64,000 bases of DNA from the human T2T-CHM13v2.0 reference genome, Homo sapiens. The stretch lies in NCBI RefSeq assembly GCF_009914755.1, contig NC_060931.1. One strand, 5' to 3'. The notes under the pieces were generated by a model that made no database searches, was not told the DNA's origin, and worked only from the letters and a program-made list of their open reading frames with translations. The translations under genes and the position numbers were made by a program. Of the stretch, positions 34,741 through 51,382 are shown one piece after another; the first letter of the stretch is position 1, and each line of letters starts with the position of its first letter.

Positions 34741-35211
34741 TGTATTTGCTTTCTCTTGCTGCTATAACAAATTGCCACCAACTTAGTGGCTTAAACAACA
34801 CAAATGTACTCTTACTGTTCTGGAGGTCAGAAGTCCAGAATGAATGTTAAGGGACTAAAATCAAGCTGTCAGCCAGGCTGGTTCCTTCTGGGGGCTCTGG
34901 TGCAAATCCATCCCTTGCCACTTTCAGCTTCTAGAGGCTGCCAGCATTCTTTGGCTCATGGCTACATTGCTCCAATCTCTGCTTCTCTCATCACATTGCC
35001 TTCTCCTCATTTTGCTCTTCCTGCCTCCATCTGACAAGGACTCTGTGATTACGTTGCACTCACCTGGACAGTCCAGGATAAATCTCTCTACTGCAAGATC
35101 CTTAACTTAATCACTCTGCAGAGTCCCTTTTACCATGTAAGGTAACATATTCATAGGCTCCAAGGATTAGGATGTGAACATCTTTGTGAGGTCATTATTC
35201 TGTCTACCGCA
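34741..35211 (-). mobile_element. MLT1-family MaLR solo LTR
   Basis: tgtatttgctttctc...cttagtggcttaaacaacac...ctaccgca; gtcaag on both flanks. Confidence 0.85.
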
Positions 35212-35743
35212 GTCAAGAAGAGATTTAAAATAAACTCTAAAAAGTACAATCACAGAATTAAAAGCCTTCAAAAGCAGTACAGGTCACACTCACCACTACA
35301 GAAAGGGAATCAGTGATATGACAGATTGACTTGAGAGTCTCTCCCGGAAGGCATCAATGAAGGGCAAAGTCCAAAAAGGACGAGGGAAAAAAAGATGAAT
35401 GGCACATACAGAGCCAACACATAATCAGTGTTTTTGATGAAGAAATCAGAACAAACTGAACAGAAACAGTAATAGAAGAAAACTTCCTTGAGCTGAAGAT
35501 AATTTTGAGTATTTAAATTAAAGAAGACCATCAGGTGCTCAGAGAAAGAAATGTATATGAAGAGACCAACACCTAGACAAATCTCATTTAAAAAGGTTTT
35601 TTTTTTTTTTTTTTTTTTTCCCCAAATATAGCCACAGTAGACATCTGGGCTGAAAATGCATGATACGTACAAAAGAACAATCCTCATGCTAATCTCAGAC
35701 TTGTCTTCTGAGATGCCAAAATAATGAAGCAAAGCCTACCAAG

Positions 35744-36488
35744 TGATACGGACAGGAGACAGGGAAATACTGGGTAGAAGAGGGCAGTTACCCAGCAAAG
35801 GCCCCACCCTCAATCCTGGAAACCCATGGCCCTAAATGGGAACAGGCGTTCCTGTTTTCGCACCCAAATGTTGCATTTTGGCCCACCATGCCCCTCTATC
35901 TTGTACCCATATAAGCCCCATATCCCAGGCTCCACAAGCAGATGAGCAGAAGAGCAGAGCAACAGAAGAGTGGCACGGCAGAGAAGGAGAGAAGAGAAGG
36001 AGCATCCGAATGTTGAGAGGAGTTCAGTTGGGGAAGGTCGAAGAGGAGATTGGCCGAGGGACAGCCAAACTCCAGGGGAAGATCATCTTCCCACTCCATC
36101 CTCTTTCCAGCTCACCACTCATCCTGCTGAGAGCTACCTCCGCCAATCACTGAAACCCCTGCATTCACCATCCTTCAGGTCGGTGTGTGATCTGATTCTT
36201 CCTGGACGCCAGACAAGGATCCAGATACCAAGAAGGCAATGAATTGGTTAACACTTAAGCCAGCCGCAGATGGCAGAGCTAAAGGAGCACTGTAACTCAC
36301 CCACTGGGGCTCCAGGAGTCACAGACACCCTCCCCTAGATGCTACCGCGGGGCCGGAGCCCAAAAGCACTCACTCCGGTTCCTGCACCTGCCCGTCTGCA
36401 TGCTCCCTCTCCCATAAGGGGTTTGAGCATACGAGCCACACCCCTGTTGCATGTCCTGTGAGGGGGGTCAGGGAACTCTCCTATTTCA
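35744..36488 (+). mobile_element. MER50-like ERV1 solo LTR
   Basis: tgatacggacaggagacagggaaatactgggtagaagaggg start; TG..CA termini; 4-bp TSD caag. Confidence 0.85.
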
Positions 36489-37115
36489 CAAGTTCTAAGG
36501 GGAGAATTGTTTTACCCAAGATTTCCATGTCCACCAGATTTTCATATATGTGGGAAGGCAAGAGGAACACCCTCAGGTTTATAAGGGCTCAAACACTACC
36601 ACACTTACACCTCACTTTAAAATAATATGTAAGCATGTACTCCAGCATACAGAGATAAAATCCAAGAAAACTCGAGAATTGGGGACATTGCAATATAAAA
36701 AGACTGATTTTCTTTTTAGGGTTTAAAAGGGGAAATAAGCAGAAAGTAGATAATGGAATTGCCTTCTTAGAAAGCTCCAACAGTACAATGAACATATCAA
36801 AGCAAGATTGCTCATGCAAATGCTTTACTTGTCAAGTCTATTTATACTTCCTGTTTTTACCACTGCCTGGAGGTAATACATTTTCTAGATAAATATTATC
36901 ACTTTAATTTTCAATGAAGTGCACTTTTAGCATTCTAACTGAAAAAATCAGAAATGCAAACAAAGATTTATTTACAAATATATTGGAGACAACTTAAACA
37001 TTCAAAATTAGGGCTTGGTTAAATAAATTACCGTAGAGCCAAATTATTAAATGCTATATACTCTTAAGAATTGGGTATTCAAAATGTTCTAAAAGGCATG
37101 GGAACATCCTTATGA

Positions 37116-37722
37116 TGTTGTTGGCGTGGGAAATAATTTTTCCTCTGGTTTTCATAAGTTCTTGGCTGAGGACCCCCTGTAACAGAAGATAGATTAACAA
37201 GAGAAAAACAAACAGAAGTTATTAACATGTATATCTCATGTATACATAGGAGATACCCAGGGAAAATGAGTAAATCTCAAAGAAGTGGCTTAGAATTTCA
37301 GCTTACATAATGTCTTCAACAAAGAACAGTACAATTTGTAGTGAAGTGACAGGGCAAAGGAAAAGGACTTTGAGTCTTCAGGGGCAGCAAGTTCTGGGAA
37401 GGCTATGGTATGGTAGATAGATGCTGTTTAGTACAGTTTATTATGCAGATTCGTCTGGTGCTGTCTCCTGGTTGGTACTGGTCTGAAGTCATCTCTGGTG
37501 ATCAACCTTTGATCCCCCTGGTAGAGAGCGGAAGAGGGACACCTTTGTAAATTTATGCCCTGCTTTTGGGAAAATAGCGAGAGGGCAAAGAGCTTTTCTT
37601 TTATCTACTTCTTCTCAGTTGTCTTCAGCTCAAAATAATCCTTATGCCAAAGTCACAGATTTTGGGATATTGTTTCCCAGGCTCTCACATATAATGGGGT
37701 GATATATTCTTGTCTCTTACAC
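37116..37722. mobile_element. ERV1-type LTR (MER34-group-like)
   Basis: agattaacaagagaaaaacaaacagaagtt and cttcagctcaaaataatccttatgccaaagt motifs; approximate. Confidence 0.6.
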
Positions 37723-38729
37723 ATATGATGCAAGTCAAAAGAAAAATCTTGGATGCAGTAATGAATATGCAGTATGTTCTCAACTACGCAAAGAAAAATA
37801 CTAGGAGGAATAAGGTTTGGCAAAGGTTGCCACTGGTGGGGAGGGGGTACTTAACTTGAAATAAATAATTATTTCAATTAGTTATTTGAAATAACTTTAA
37901 AATTCTATTTTTTCATTCTATATTTTTAAGTATTATAATAAATGTACATATGTCTATCACCAGAACCAAAAAATACAGGCAAAAATGAGAAGAAATTAAC
38001 TATTCTCCTTTAACGTAGCATTTACTTTTGGAAAATTCTAGAACTCTATGTGCTCTTATGGACATTTCTCCCAACAGTCTCATAGGGGAAAACATTAAGA
38101 CCTGAAAGAGTTAAATTGGTTTACTCAAAGTTACAAATTTCAACAATGAGTGTTCTCAAATGACTACCAGTCCAGTGCCTTTTAAATTATACCTCTTATT
38201 GCAACAGTTTTCAAGTACTTTTATTCCATGAAACGTATATCTCAGTGAGTATTTAGACTGAAATTAAATATGTAAGTCTTTATAAAGAAAAGTGTAAACA
38301 TTTGCTGAAGGACAGGAAAGAAGACCTGTACAAATGAAGAAACATGTGCTCTTGAGTAGAAGTCTCCGTTTTCTAAAGCTACTAATTCTCCCAAAGCTAA
38401 GATATAAATTCAATGCAGTTCTAATCAAAATCCAAGTGTTTTGAAAGGAGTTGTTAAAATTTAATAAGGCTCATCTGGAACAATAAATGGCTGAGTGATA
38501 AAGAAAGGTGTTATCTTTTTAAAAAAATAAGAACAATAAGAGTGACTTAATTTAGCAGCTATCAAACATTTGATGAAGACATGTTGGTGCAGATGTGGAC
38601 AAGTTGTTTGATAGAACAGAACAAAGTGTATCGAAAAAGACTCATTTATATTTGAGAATTTAACCTATGCCAAAGTTGACATTTTTATAAAAAGACAATA
38701 TAACAGATTGGTTAAAAGCACAGACTTTG

Positions 38730-39109
<380 letters not shown>

Positions 39110-39315
39110 TCATTTTCTCTTTCTTGTATTAAGGATATAATCTCTACCTTGCGGAGTTTGTGTTCAGGATTAAATCAGAAAATGTATTTTAAGTGCTTAG
39201 AATGGTTCCCAGAATTTAGTAGATAACAAATAAATAGTAGGTGGTGGTGGAGGCAATGGTAGTCACTATTTTATGATGAATGTTTTATATATATATGTCT
39301 TTCACACTCTAATAA

Positions 39316-39882
39316 GTCAGGATCTCCAAGATCACCCCTAGGTTCAACAATTTGCTAGGAGGACTCACAAGACTCAGCATCTAGTTATACTCGTGGTATG
39401 ACTTATTACAGTGAAAGGACACTTAGCAAAATTAGCTAAGGGAAAAGGTGCTTAGGGCAAAGTCTGGAGGAAGCCAGGAGCAAGCTTCCAATGGGCCTCT
39501 CCCGGTGGAGTTACACAGACATGCTTCATTCCCCCAGCGTGAACTGTGACAGCACGTGGAAATGCTGTCTACCAGGGAAGCTTCTTAGAGACTTGAGACT
39601 GGGTTTCTACTAGATGGCTGGTTGGGGGACAGTGGGGGTGGTGCTGGTCATGTGTGCATCTTCTGCTTAGCCCACATCAAACTTCCGGCCTCCCAGAAGG
39701 AAAGCAGTGTTCACCATAAGCCACATCATTTACACAAACACTTTAGGCACAGTGAGCCACTCGTACCCGTTCTGGGAAGGTAGGAGCCCTCCTGAAATCC
39801 AGGTTTCTAGACATTAGCCAAGAGCCAACCTTATAAGCAGTTGAGTAGTCTCAGGCTGCTATGTTAACTTCTGTCTACACAC
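39316..39882. mobile_element. MER21-like LTR
   Basis: ccaagatcacccctaggttcaacaatttgctaggaggactcacaagactcagc; approximate. Confidence 0.65.
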
Positions 39883-39959
39883 ATTCCTGCAGATGTGGCC
39901 TGGGTTTTGCAAATTTCTGTGATGCTTGTACTTCCTGCCTTTTTTCTTTCATTGGCAAT

Positions 39960-40396
39960 TGTGGGGGCAAAAGTGACTCCATTGTGGATGTGAATCTGCT
40001 GTGTTGACTTCTGATCACCCCCCAGTCTTGCGCATGCCTCCTCTTCCTACTTTATCCACTGTCTCTAGTGTAAGAACATGTCAACCTTGATGTTATGACA
40101 GAAACAATAGGCTGTGATGCATGCAGCATTCCTGCCTGTTCTGGAGGGCTGCCTTTCATTGTCTTGCACAGAGCAAGGGCTTATATACCCCTTCCCTATG
40201 GTACATAAGCCCTGGGTCTAGGGAGTAACAGTGCAGAGATCTACCAGTCTCCTACAGCCCAAGACCATGCTTATCTGTGAGTTCCCTAATAAAACTCCTT
40301 TTACCGACAAACTGGATTTGTCTGCCTCCTTCTTTGGTTTCTCAACTCCTTTGGCATTTGGTGGTCATTTTGAATATACAGCCCTTTCACAGAGCA
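39960..40396 (+). mobile_element. Solo LTR (LTR47-like)
   Basis: tgtgggggcaaaagtgactccatt start; TATA-like cataag and AATAAA in LTR order. Confidence 0.6.
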
Positions 40397-40667
40397 GTAA
40401 TACATTATCATGCCAGAGAGTAGGAATAATTTTATTAAGGGGATAACCTTGGATCAACTCCAAATAACTTTTAAATAAGTGCATATGAAAACAACTGTGC
40501 TTTTTCGTCAGTAACAAATTATTGAAACCCCTCACAACTTAAACCATGACTGGGAATCCCTGATCCTGTGTAGCTTTACCTCCATTTGTTTCACTTGTGT
40601 ATAAATGTAAATAATTTTGTTTGAAAAATACTTCAATAATAGAAAAGCTTTAAAAATTATATTCCTT

Positions 40668-40948
40668 GGCTGGGCACAGTGGCTCACACCTGTAATCCCA
40701 ACACTTTGGGAGGCCGAGGCGGGCGGATCACCTGAGGTCAGGAGTTCAAAACCAGCCTAGCCAACACAGCGAAAATCTGTCTCTACTAAAAATACAAAAA
40801 TTCTCCAGGCATGGTGATAGGCACTTGTAATCCCAGCTACTCGAGAGGCTGAGGCAGGAAGAAATGCTTGAACCCAGGAGGCAGAGTTTGCAGTGAGCCA
40901 AGATCCCACCACTGCACTTCAGCCTGGGTGACTCCATCTCAAAAAAAA
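40668..40948 (+). mobile_element. Alu (S-type)
   Basis: TSD aaaaattatattccttg. Confidence 0.94.
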
Positions 40949-41593
40949 TTATATTCCTTGACATCATCAATATATTTCTAATAAATATAATGTGATTTCA
41001 CATTATCCAACTATAAACTGTTGCCTTAAATGACCTTGTGCACACACACTCTTTCTGTCTCTCTCTCCTTGTGCAGCATGAAATTGTACATGGTCAGATA
41101 TCTTCAATTAAACAGAACAGCTCGATTTTCAAAGCCCTGCCCTCCCTGGCAGCAGGGTTTCTCAGAACTCTCCTCATTGACTGCACTCAGCCCTGTGGAG
41201 GCCAGGTCTTGTTTGTTCTTTCCTCCATTGTCCACGCTCTGTGCTCTTTTAATCCTCTCCTTTCTCTTTATTTCTGCCAATTCTCTCACCTTACTCAGTG
41301 AGGCCCACATATATCGTGAGACTACAACCCCTATTTTTTTAATGTCTCCACCTTGCAGAGGAATTTTACACCCGGACCCATCAAATTTCCAAAGTTGGAC
41401 TTTCTCTCCCTGTGCTACCCACGTTTCCTGGGGTGACCCTCACTCCTTCACCCCAGCCTGTTTACCTGCCTGAGTAACACTAGAGATCTAGTTCATAAGG
41501 GCCAATGGTCCTCTCATGAAAGGTGTGGTTACCAAATGCCAGTCGTTAACCTCCCTAAAACATATTTAAATTAAAGTATCCTTTATTTTATAG

Positions 41594-41763
41594 ATTTCCA
41601 AGCCATGGGGTTGAAGAAAGGGATGTTTTTCAACCCAGACCCTTATCTGAAGATTTCCATTCAGCCTGGGAAACACAGCATCTTCCCCGCCCTCCCTCAC
41701 CATGGACAGGAGAGGAGATCCAAGATCATAGGCAACACCGTGAACCCCATCTGGCAGGCCGAG
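41594..41763 (+). CDS. HECW1: HECW1 internal coding exon (170 nt, phase 1 to phase 0), N-terminal half of the C2 domain: (D)[56 protein letters not shown]
   Basis: Acceptor ttttatAG (41592-93) and donor GAG|gtgagt. C2 motifs DPY and NPxW. Overlaps ORF-track entry 41605..41799. Confidence 0.97.
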
Positions 41764-42451
41764 GTGAGTGCTGTGGGCCCTGAAAAAAAGCCCAAGTAAA
41801 AGTGAAAGGGCTGACTGTGAACCAGCCCTCCTCCTTCCCTCCATTCATGGAGCCCTGGACTCTGCTGCTCAATCTATGGCTGTCATGGTCTTAGAAGGGA
41901 GCCATGTTCTCCAGGGGTTGCAACTCAGGGATCTTGATCAAGTCCATCCGGACAGTACTAACACACTTTTCATTGCACTGCATGCAGTAGCCTCTTCTGA
42001 TTCAGAACCCATGCCGTGAGCAGGACGGCCTTTCCCTCTGCCCTTCATGTGGGAGAAGGAAGACAAGAGTTGTGATCAGAGCCTTCCAGTTTCTCCACAG
42101 CTCTTCCCATGCATGTGATCCTTGAGCAAGGGTGTCAAATCTTAAATATAGCCTTCTAGACCAGTTTCAGAGATTCTAAAACTGGGAGGTTCCTGGGATA
42201 GGTGAATCAGTAAGCCCTAAAATATCCCTGGTTGGGTTAAATATTGTTTGATTTAAATAGATAATGAAGCCTAATGGTTTATCCTATCTTCATGATTTGC
42301 AAAGGGCTGGGCAGCTTGCTACAGTATTGAATAGTCTATGTTGTCTACAAAGGCCCTTCTCCACTCCTAAAAGTGTTGCCTTTGCCAGGGGTTAGGAGGG
42401 TCCTCCAAGTTCTCTCCTAAAGGACATGTAGAAAGTCGGCACCACTTATTT

Positions 42452-42831
<380 letters not shown>

Positions 42832-44221
42832 TCATGAGAGTGGATGGGGTATAATGTAGGTTAAAAGTACAGTTTTACAGTCATAGAAACCTGGATTCTA
42901 ATCCCAGTGTGGCCAGTTAATAGTTTATAAATTTGAGAGATCAGTTATCCTCCACCTGAGCCTTAGATTACCCTCATCAGCCTATTATTGATGGAAACGT
43001 GCTCCCACCAAAGGAACTTGCTTTGGAGAGGATTTCTTCCTTTATTTTTCAGAGTAGATCATCTCTGATTTAGAGCTTTCAAGCATCCTTGACAAGAAAA
43101 CATAATTAGACATATGAGAGCAAAGATTTTTTATTATCTATTAAATCATACCACCCCCTTCCTGGGCTTAATTAGCGCTCTCCCAGGCTTCCCAGAAGAG
43201 CTTCGTTAGAGCTTTGAAGTGGACGTGAGGGAAATAGACTTGTACTTAAACTTCCTCCTAGCGTTGGTTATCAACAGATTCTAAAACACTGATAGCACCG
43301 CTAGAATGGAATAATGAATCTTAATTTGTTTCTTCAGTCCTGCCTGTGTTCATCAATTATTTCTGAACTCTTCCCTGCATTCCTAGAGATAATAAAAGAT
43401 GTCAAAAGAATTTATTTTGTATGGGGGGAAAGGCTTCTCTCTTCTGAAGGACTTTAGAGGAACCTGTTCTAAGACATTTAGTCATAAAGGTGTTTTAAGT
43501 GTCAGGGAATGTTTGGAAAATCCAGCACTATCAGAATGTTTTTTGGCTAAAAACGTCAACTAGAATTCACTTTAAGTTCTGAAATGATTTCTGAAGCTTT
43601 GGTTAACACTGATTTTGTTCTGGCAGAATACTGGCAAACTCTCCCCAGCCCTCTGCTCTGGGCCACCTCCCTTCCATCCCACGTGCTGCAGTTGGAGTTA
43701 TTGATCTAAAATATGCCTCATCTCATGTCCCCCTGGTAAGGCTCAGGCTGAGGATAACTGATGTCCCAAGTTAAACAGTGTGTAACTGGCTAAAGGAGAT
43801 TTGAACCAAGGTTTGTGTTGCTGCAAAACTGTCCATTCAACCCCTAAATTGTACTACAGTTCCCAGGGTCCAAGTGTCAATGTCATAGCTCCTCTGCAGA
43901 GCATTCAAAGCCTTCTTTGATCAGGCATTGCTTACCATTATGTCAGTTAAGGATGTATTTGGCTCCATGCAAGGGAAAGTCTGGCTGGCTCTGATATTTC
44001 TCACAAACAAGACATCCAGAGGGAGGTGATCCAGGCGGTGCCGCTGCTGAGTGAGCCCCCAGGGATCCCAGCTCTCCGGGCCTGCCACTGCACCATCCTT
44101 AGCAGATGGCCTCATCCTCCTCTGTTAAAGCCTCAAGTCCAAATTCCAGGCAGGAAGAAAGCAACAGGCCAAAAAAGCCTTCTCCTTGCAAGACTTTGCA
44201 TTTTCTTCCTGGGAGAAAATG

Positions 44222-44569
44222 ACTGGGTGGCTTAAACAACAGATATGTATTTCTCAAAGTTCCGAAGCTGGGAAGTCCGAGCCCAGGATGCTGGCACGGT
44301 TGGGTTCTGGTGAGGGCCTCTTTGGGGATGCAGATGGCTGCCTTCTTGCTCCATCCACACGTTAGAAAGAGAGAAAAGGAAAGAGAGCACACTCTTATAA
44401 GGACACTAATCCCATCGTGAGGACCCTATCCTCATGACTCCTCTAAACGTAATGACCTCCAAAGGCCCGGCCTCTTAATACCATCACTTTGGGTGTTAGA
44501 GTTTCACATATGAACTTGGGGGTTGGTGGTGGAAGGAGACACACACACACACACATTCAGTCTATAACA
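44222..44569 (-). mobile_element. MLT1A-like MaLR LTR containing a (CA)n tract near 44538-44555
   Basis: actgggtggcttaaacaacaga...ttataaggacactaatcccat...attcagtctataaca. Confidence 0.8.
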
Positions 44570-46458
44570 GGTTTCAGTCCACAACAGGAAGTTTTCCTCC
44601 TCATATTTTCTGGAAATGTCTGTGTATAATTATTATTTCTTCCTTAAATGTTTGATATAATTTACCAGTGAAAACATCTTAGGCTGGAGTTTCTCTGTGA
44701 GAAGACTTTAAATTATGAATTTAGTCTTTTAAATAAAAAGAGTCATTTAGATTACCTATTTCTTCTAAGAGAAAGCATTTGTCTTTCAAGAAATATTGCC
44801 ATCTTTTTGTGTTGTTTGGCATAAAGTTGTTCAAAGTATTGTTTTATTGTCTTTTAATGTTTGTAGGCTTATTAAGGACAATACCTCTTTCATTTATATA
44901 TTGGTGAATTGCTTTTTTTCTCTTTGTTTGTTAACCAATCTAAATATGGGTTTATTAAATTTGTTTATTTTGTGAAAGAACTAGCTCTTGACATCATTTT
45001 CTCTATGTTTAACTGTTTTCTATTTATTTTTATATATGCCCTTATTTTCATTTATTTATCTCCTTTATTGCCTTCTATTTTTTTTTTTTTAGCTCCTTAG
45101 GGTAAAAGTCTAGGTCTTGCTTTTAGACTTACATTTATTCTCTAATACAATTATTTAAGCAATAAGTTTTCTTCTAATCTCTGTTTTAACTGCATTTTAT
45201 AAATTTGTATATAATTTATACTTTTATTATCATTCCGTCAAAAATATTTCTTCATATTCCTTCTTTGACCCATGGATTATTTTGAAATAAGTTGTTTAAT
45301 TTCCAAACCTGGGGATTTTCCTAAATATCTTCTTGTTACTGACTTTTAATTTTATTTTATTGTGGTTAGAGAACATACTCTATATGATTGCAATCTATTT
45401 AAATTTATCAAGCCATGTTTTACAGTCCAGCATATGATGCATTTTGGTAGGCTTACCATATCAACTTGAAAAGAATGTATATTCTCCTATTGTGGCATAT
45501 CAAGTCCTATAAATATCAGTTGAGTCAAGGTGGTTGACTGAGTTGTAGAGATTCTCTGTGTCTTTATTGCTTTCTATGTCTAGCTGTTCTATCAGTTGCC
45601 ACAAGAAGCATGTTTAAATCCTTTACTATGTTCATGGAATTGTCTGTTTCTCTAATTCTGTCAACTTTTGTTTCATGTATTTTGAAGCTCTGGTATTAGG
45701 TACTTGCATAGTTATGTCTATGCATCATGTTTATAATTCTAAAATATTTTTCTTTATTTTTGGTAGTGCTCCTTGTCTTGAAGGCTGTTTTATCACACTA
45801 ATATAGCCACTCCAGCCTCCCTTATGTTTAGTGTTTGTTCCATTTACTTTCAAAATGTTTGTGTTTTTACTTATAAAGTGCATTGCCTATGGACAGCATA
45901 TTCTTCGGACTTAATTTCATTTATTACAATAATCTCTGCCTTTTAATAGGAATGAATGGCCCATTACCATTTAACATATTTATTCATGTAATTGTATTTA
46001 GGCCTACTATTTTATTATTTGTTTTCTGTTTGTCCTCTGGATTGTTTTCTTATTTCCCCTTCTTGACTTGTTTTTGGATTATTTGAATATATTTTAGAAT
46101 TTCATTTCAATTTATCTACTGAATTTTTAGGTACACGGCTTTGCGTTACTTCCTTTGTAGTTGCTTTAGGGACCATAAAATACCTTCCTATATTTTCATG
46201 ATCTACATTGAGTTAATTTTGTACCACTTTACATAAAATGCAGTAACTCTTCAACAATATTACCTGCATTTATCCACACTCGTGATCTTTCTTGTTATAG
46301 TTATTATATATATCACATTGTATATACATTATAAACCCTACATGACGATGTTAAAAATTTTTGCTTTAAGTGGATGTGTATTTTAAAGAAACTAGGAAAA
46401 AAATATAGTCCTTAATGCCTCCCCATACATTTCCTATTTCTAATGCTTTTCATTTCTT

Positions 46459-46489
<31 letters not shown>

Positions 46490-46702
46490 TTTTAATTATT
46501 ATACTTTAAGTTTTAGGGTACATGTGCACCTTGTGCAGGTTAGTTACATATGTATACATGTGCCATGCTGGTGCGCTGCACCCACTAACTCGTCATCTAG
46601 CATTAGGTATATCTCCCAATGCTATCCCTCCCCCCTCCCCCCACCCCACCACAGTCCCCAGAGTATGATATTCCCCTTCCTGTGTCCATGTGATCTCAAT
46701 GT

Positions 46703-49101
<2,399 letters not shown>

Positions 49102-49164
49102 TATGATGTTAGCTGGTTATTTTGCTCGTTAGTTGATGCAGTTTCTTCCTAGTCTCGATGGTCT

Positions 49165-50181
49165 TTACATTTTGTCATGATTTTGCAGCGGCTGGTACCG
49201 GTTGTTCCTTTCCATGTTTAGCACTTCCTTCAGGAGCTCTTTTAGGGCAGGCCTGGTGGTGACAAAATCTCTCAGCATTTGCTTGTCTGTAAATTATTTT
49301 ATTTCTCCTTCACTTATGAAGCTTAGTTTGGCTGGATATGAAATTCTGGGTTGAAAATTCTTTTCTTTAAGAATGTTGAATATTGGCCCCCACTCTCTTC
49401 TGGCTTGTAGGGTTTCTGCCGAGAGATCCGCTGTTAGTCTGATGGGCTTCCCTTTGAGGGTAACCCGACCTTTCTCTCTGGCTGCCCTTAACATTTTTTC
49501 CTTCATTTCAACTTTGGTGAATCTGACAATTATATGTCTTAGAGTTGCTCTTCTCGAAGAGTATCTTTGTGGCGTTCTCTGTATTTCCTGAATCTGAACA
49601 TTGGCCTGCCTTGCTAGATTGGGGAAGTTCTCCTGGATAATATCCTGCAGAGCGTTTTCCAACTTGGTTCCATTCTCCCCATCACTTTCAGGTACACCAA
49701 TCAGACGTAGATTTGGTCTTTTCACATAGTCCCATATTTCTTGGAGGCTTTGCTCATTTCTTTTTATTCTTTTTTCTCTAAACTTCCCTTCTCACTTCAT
49801 TTCATTCATTTCATCTTCCATCGCTGATACCCTTTCTTCCAGTTGATCGCATCGGCTCCTGAGGCTTCTGCATTCTTCACGTAGTTCTCGAGCCTTGGTT
49901 TTCAGCTCCATCAGCTCCTTTAAGCACTTCTCTGTATTGGTTATTCTAGTTATACATTCTTCTAAATTTTTTTCAAAGTTTTCAACTTCTTTGCCTTTGG
50001 TTTGAATGTCCTCCCATAGCTCAGAGTAATTTGATCGTCTGAAGCCTTCTTCTCTCAGCTCGTCAAAGTCATTCTCCATCCAGCTTTGTTCCGTTGCTGG
50101 TGAAGAACTGCGTTCCTTTGGAGGAGGAGAGATGCTCTGCGTTTTAGAGTTTCCAGTTTTTCTGTTCTGTTTTTTCCCGAT
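49165..50181 (-). pseudogene. L1 ORF1, disrupted (start ATG>ATC; premature stops at 49792-94 and 49294-96)
   Basis: 1017-nt span equals canonical ORF1 length; ORF-track fragments 49792..50079 and 49294..49725 match ORF1p. Confidence 0.93.
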
Positions 50182-50449
50182 CTTTGTGGTTTTATCTACT
50201 TTTGGTCTTTGATGATGGTGATGTACAGATGGGTTTTCGGTGTGGATGTCCTTTCTGTTTGTTAGTTTTCCTTCTAACAGACAGCACCCTCAGCTGCAGG
50301 TCTGTTGGAGTACCCTGCTGTGTGAGGTGTCAGTGTGCCCCTGCTGGGGGGTGCCTCCCAGTTAGGCTGCTCGGGGGTCAGGGGTCAGGGACCCACTTGA
50401 GGAGGCAGTCTGCCGGTTCTCAGATCTCCAGCTGCGTGCTGGGAGAACC

Positions 50450-50720
50450 ACTGCTCTCTTCAAAGCTGTCAGACAGGGACATTTAAGTCTGCAGAGGTTA
50501 CTGCTGTCTTTTTGTTTGTCTGTGACCTGCCCCCAGAGGTGGGGCCTACAGTGGCAGGCAGGCCTCCTTGAGCTGTGGTGGGCTCCACCCAGTTCGAGCT
50601 TCCAGGCTGCTTTGTTTACCTAAGCAAGCCTGGGCAATGGCGGGCACCCCTCCCCCAGCCTCGCTGCCGCCTTGCAGTTTGATCTCAGACTGCTGTGCTA
50701 GCAATCAGCGAGATTCCGTG
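50450..50720 (+). promoter_or_regulatory. L1 antisense promoter (ASP) region, oriented sense to HECW1
   Basis: Corresponds to about nt 400-600 of the intact L1 5'UTR, where the ASP is established to lie; activity inferred only. Confidence 0.6.
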
Positions 50721-50852
50721 GGCGTAGGACCCTCCGAGACAGGTGTGGGATATAGTCTCGTGGTGCGCCGTTTTTTAAGCCGGTCTGAAAAGCGTAATAT
50801 TCGGGTGGGAGTGACCCGATTTTCCAGGTGCGTCCGTCACCCCTTTCTTTGA
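50637..50852 (+). CDS. L1 ORF0, intact 71 aa (MAGTPPPASLPPCSL...RCVRHPFL)
   Basis: gcaATGg start at 50637, 216 nt open frame in the antisense 5'UTR; matches the recalled primate L1 ORF0. Expression is not shown by sequence alone. Confidence 0.8.
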   Translation: MAGTPPPASLPPCSLISDCCASNQRDSVGVGPSETGVGYSLVVRRFLSRSEKRNIRVGVTRFSRCVRHPFL

Positions 50853-51066
50853 CTCGGAAAGGGAACTCCCTGGCCCCTTGCGCTTCCCAGGTGAGGCAAT
50901 GCCTCGCCCTGCTTCGGCTCGAGCACGGTGTGCGCACCCACTGGCCTGCACCCACTGCCTGGCACTCCCTAGTGAGATGCACCCAGTACCTCAGATGGAA
51001 ATGCAGAAATCACCCGTCTTCTGCGTCGCTCACGCTGGGAGCTGTAGACCGGAGCTGTTCCTATTC

Positions 51067-51076
51067 GGCCATCTTG
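51067..51076 (-). promoter_or_regulatory. Intact YY1 site at the L1 5' end (CAAGATGGCC)
   Basis: ggccatcttg on the + strand. Confidence 0.8.
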
Positions 51077-51093
51077 GCTCCTCTCATTTATTT

Positions 51094-51382
<289 letters not shown>

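Noticed and set aside
41764-41799. Extension of the C2 ORF ([11 protein letters not shown])
   Set aside because: Read-through past the canonical GAG|gtgagt donor into the intron.
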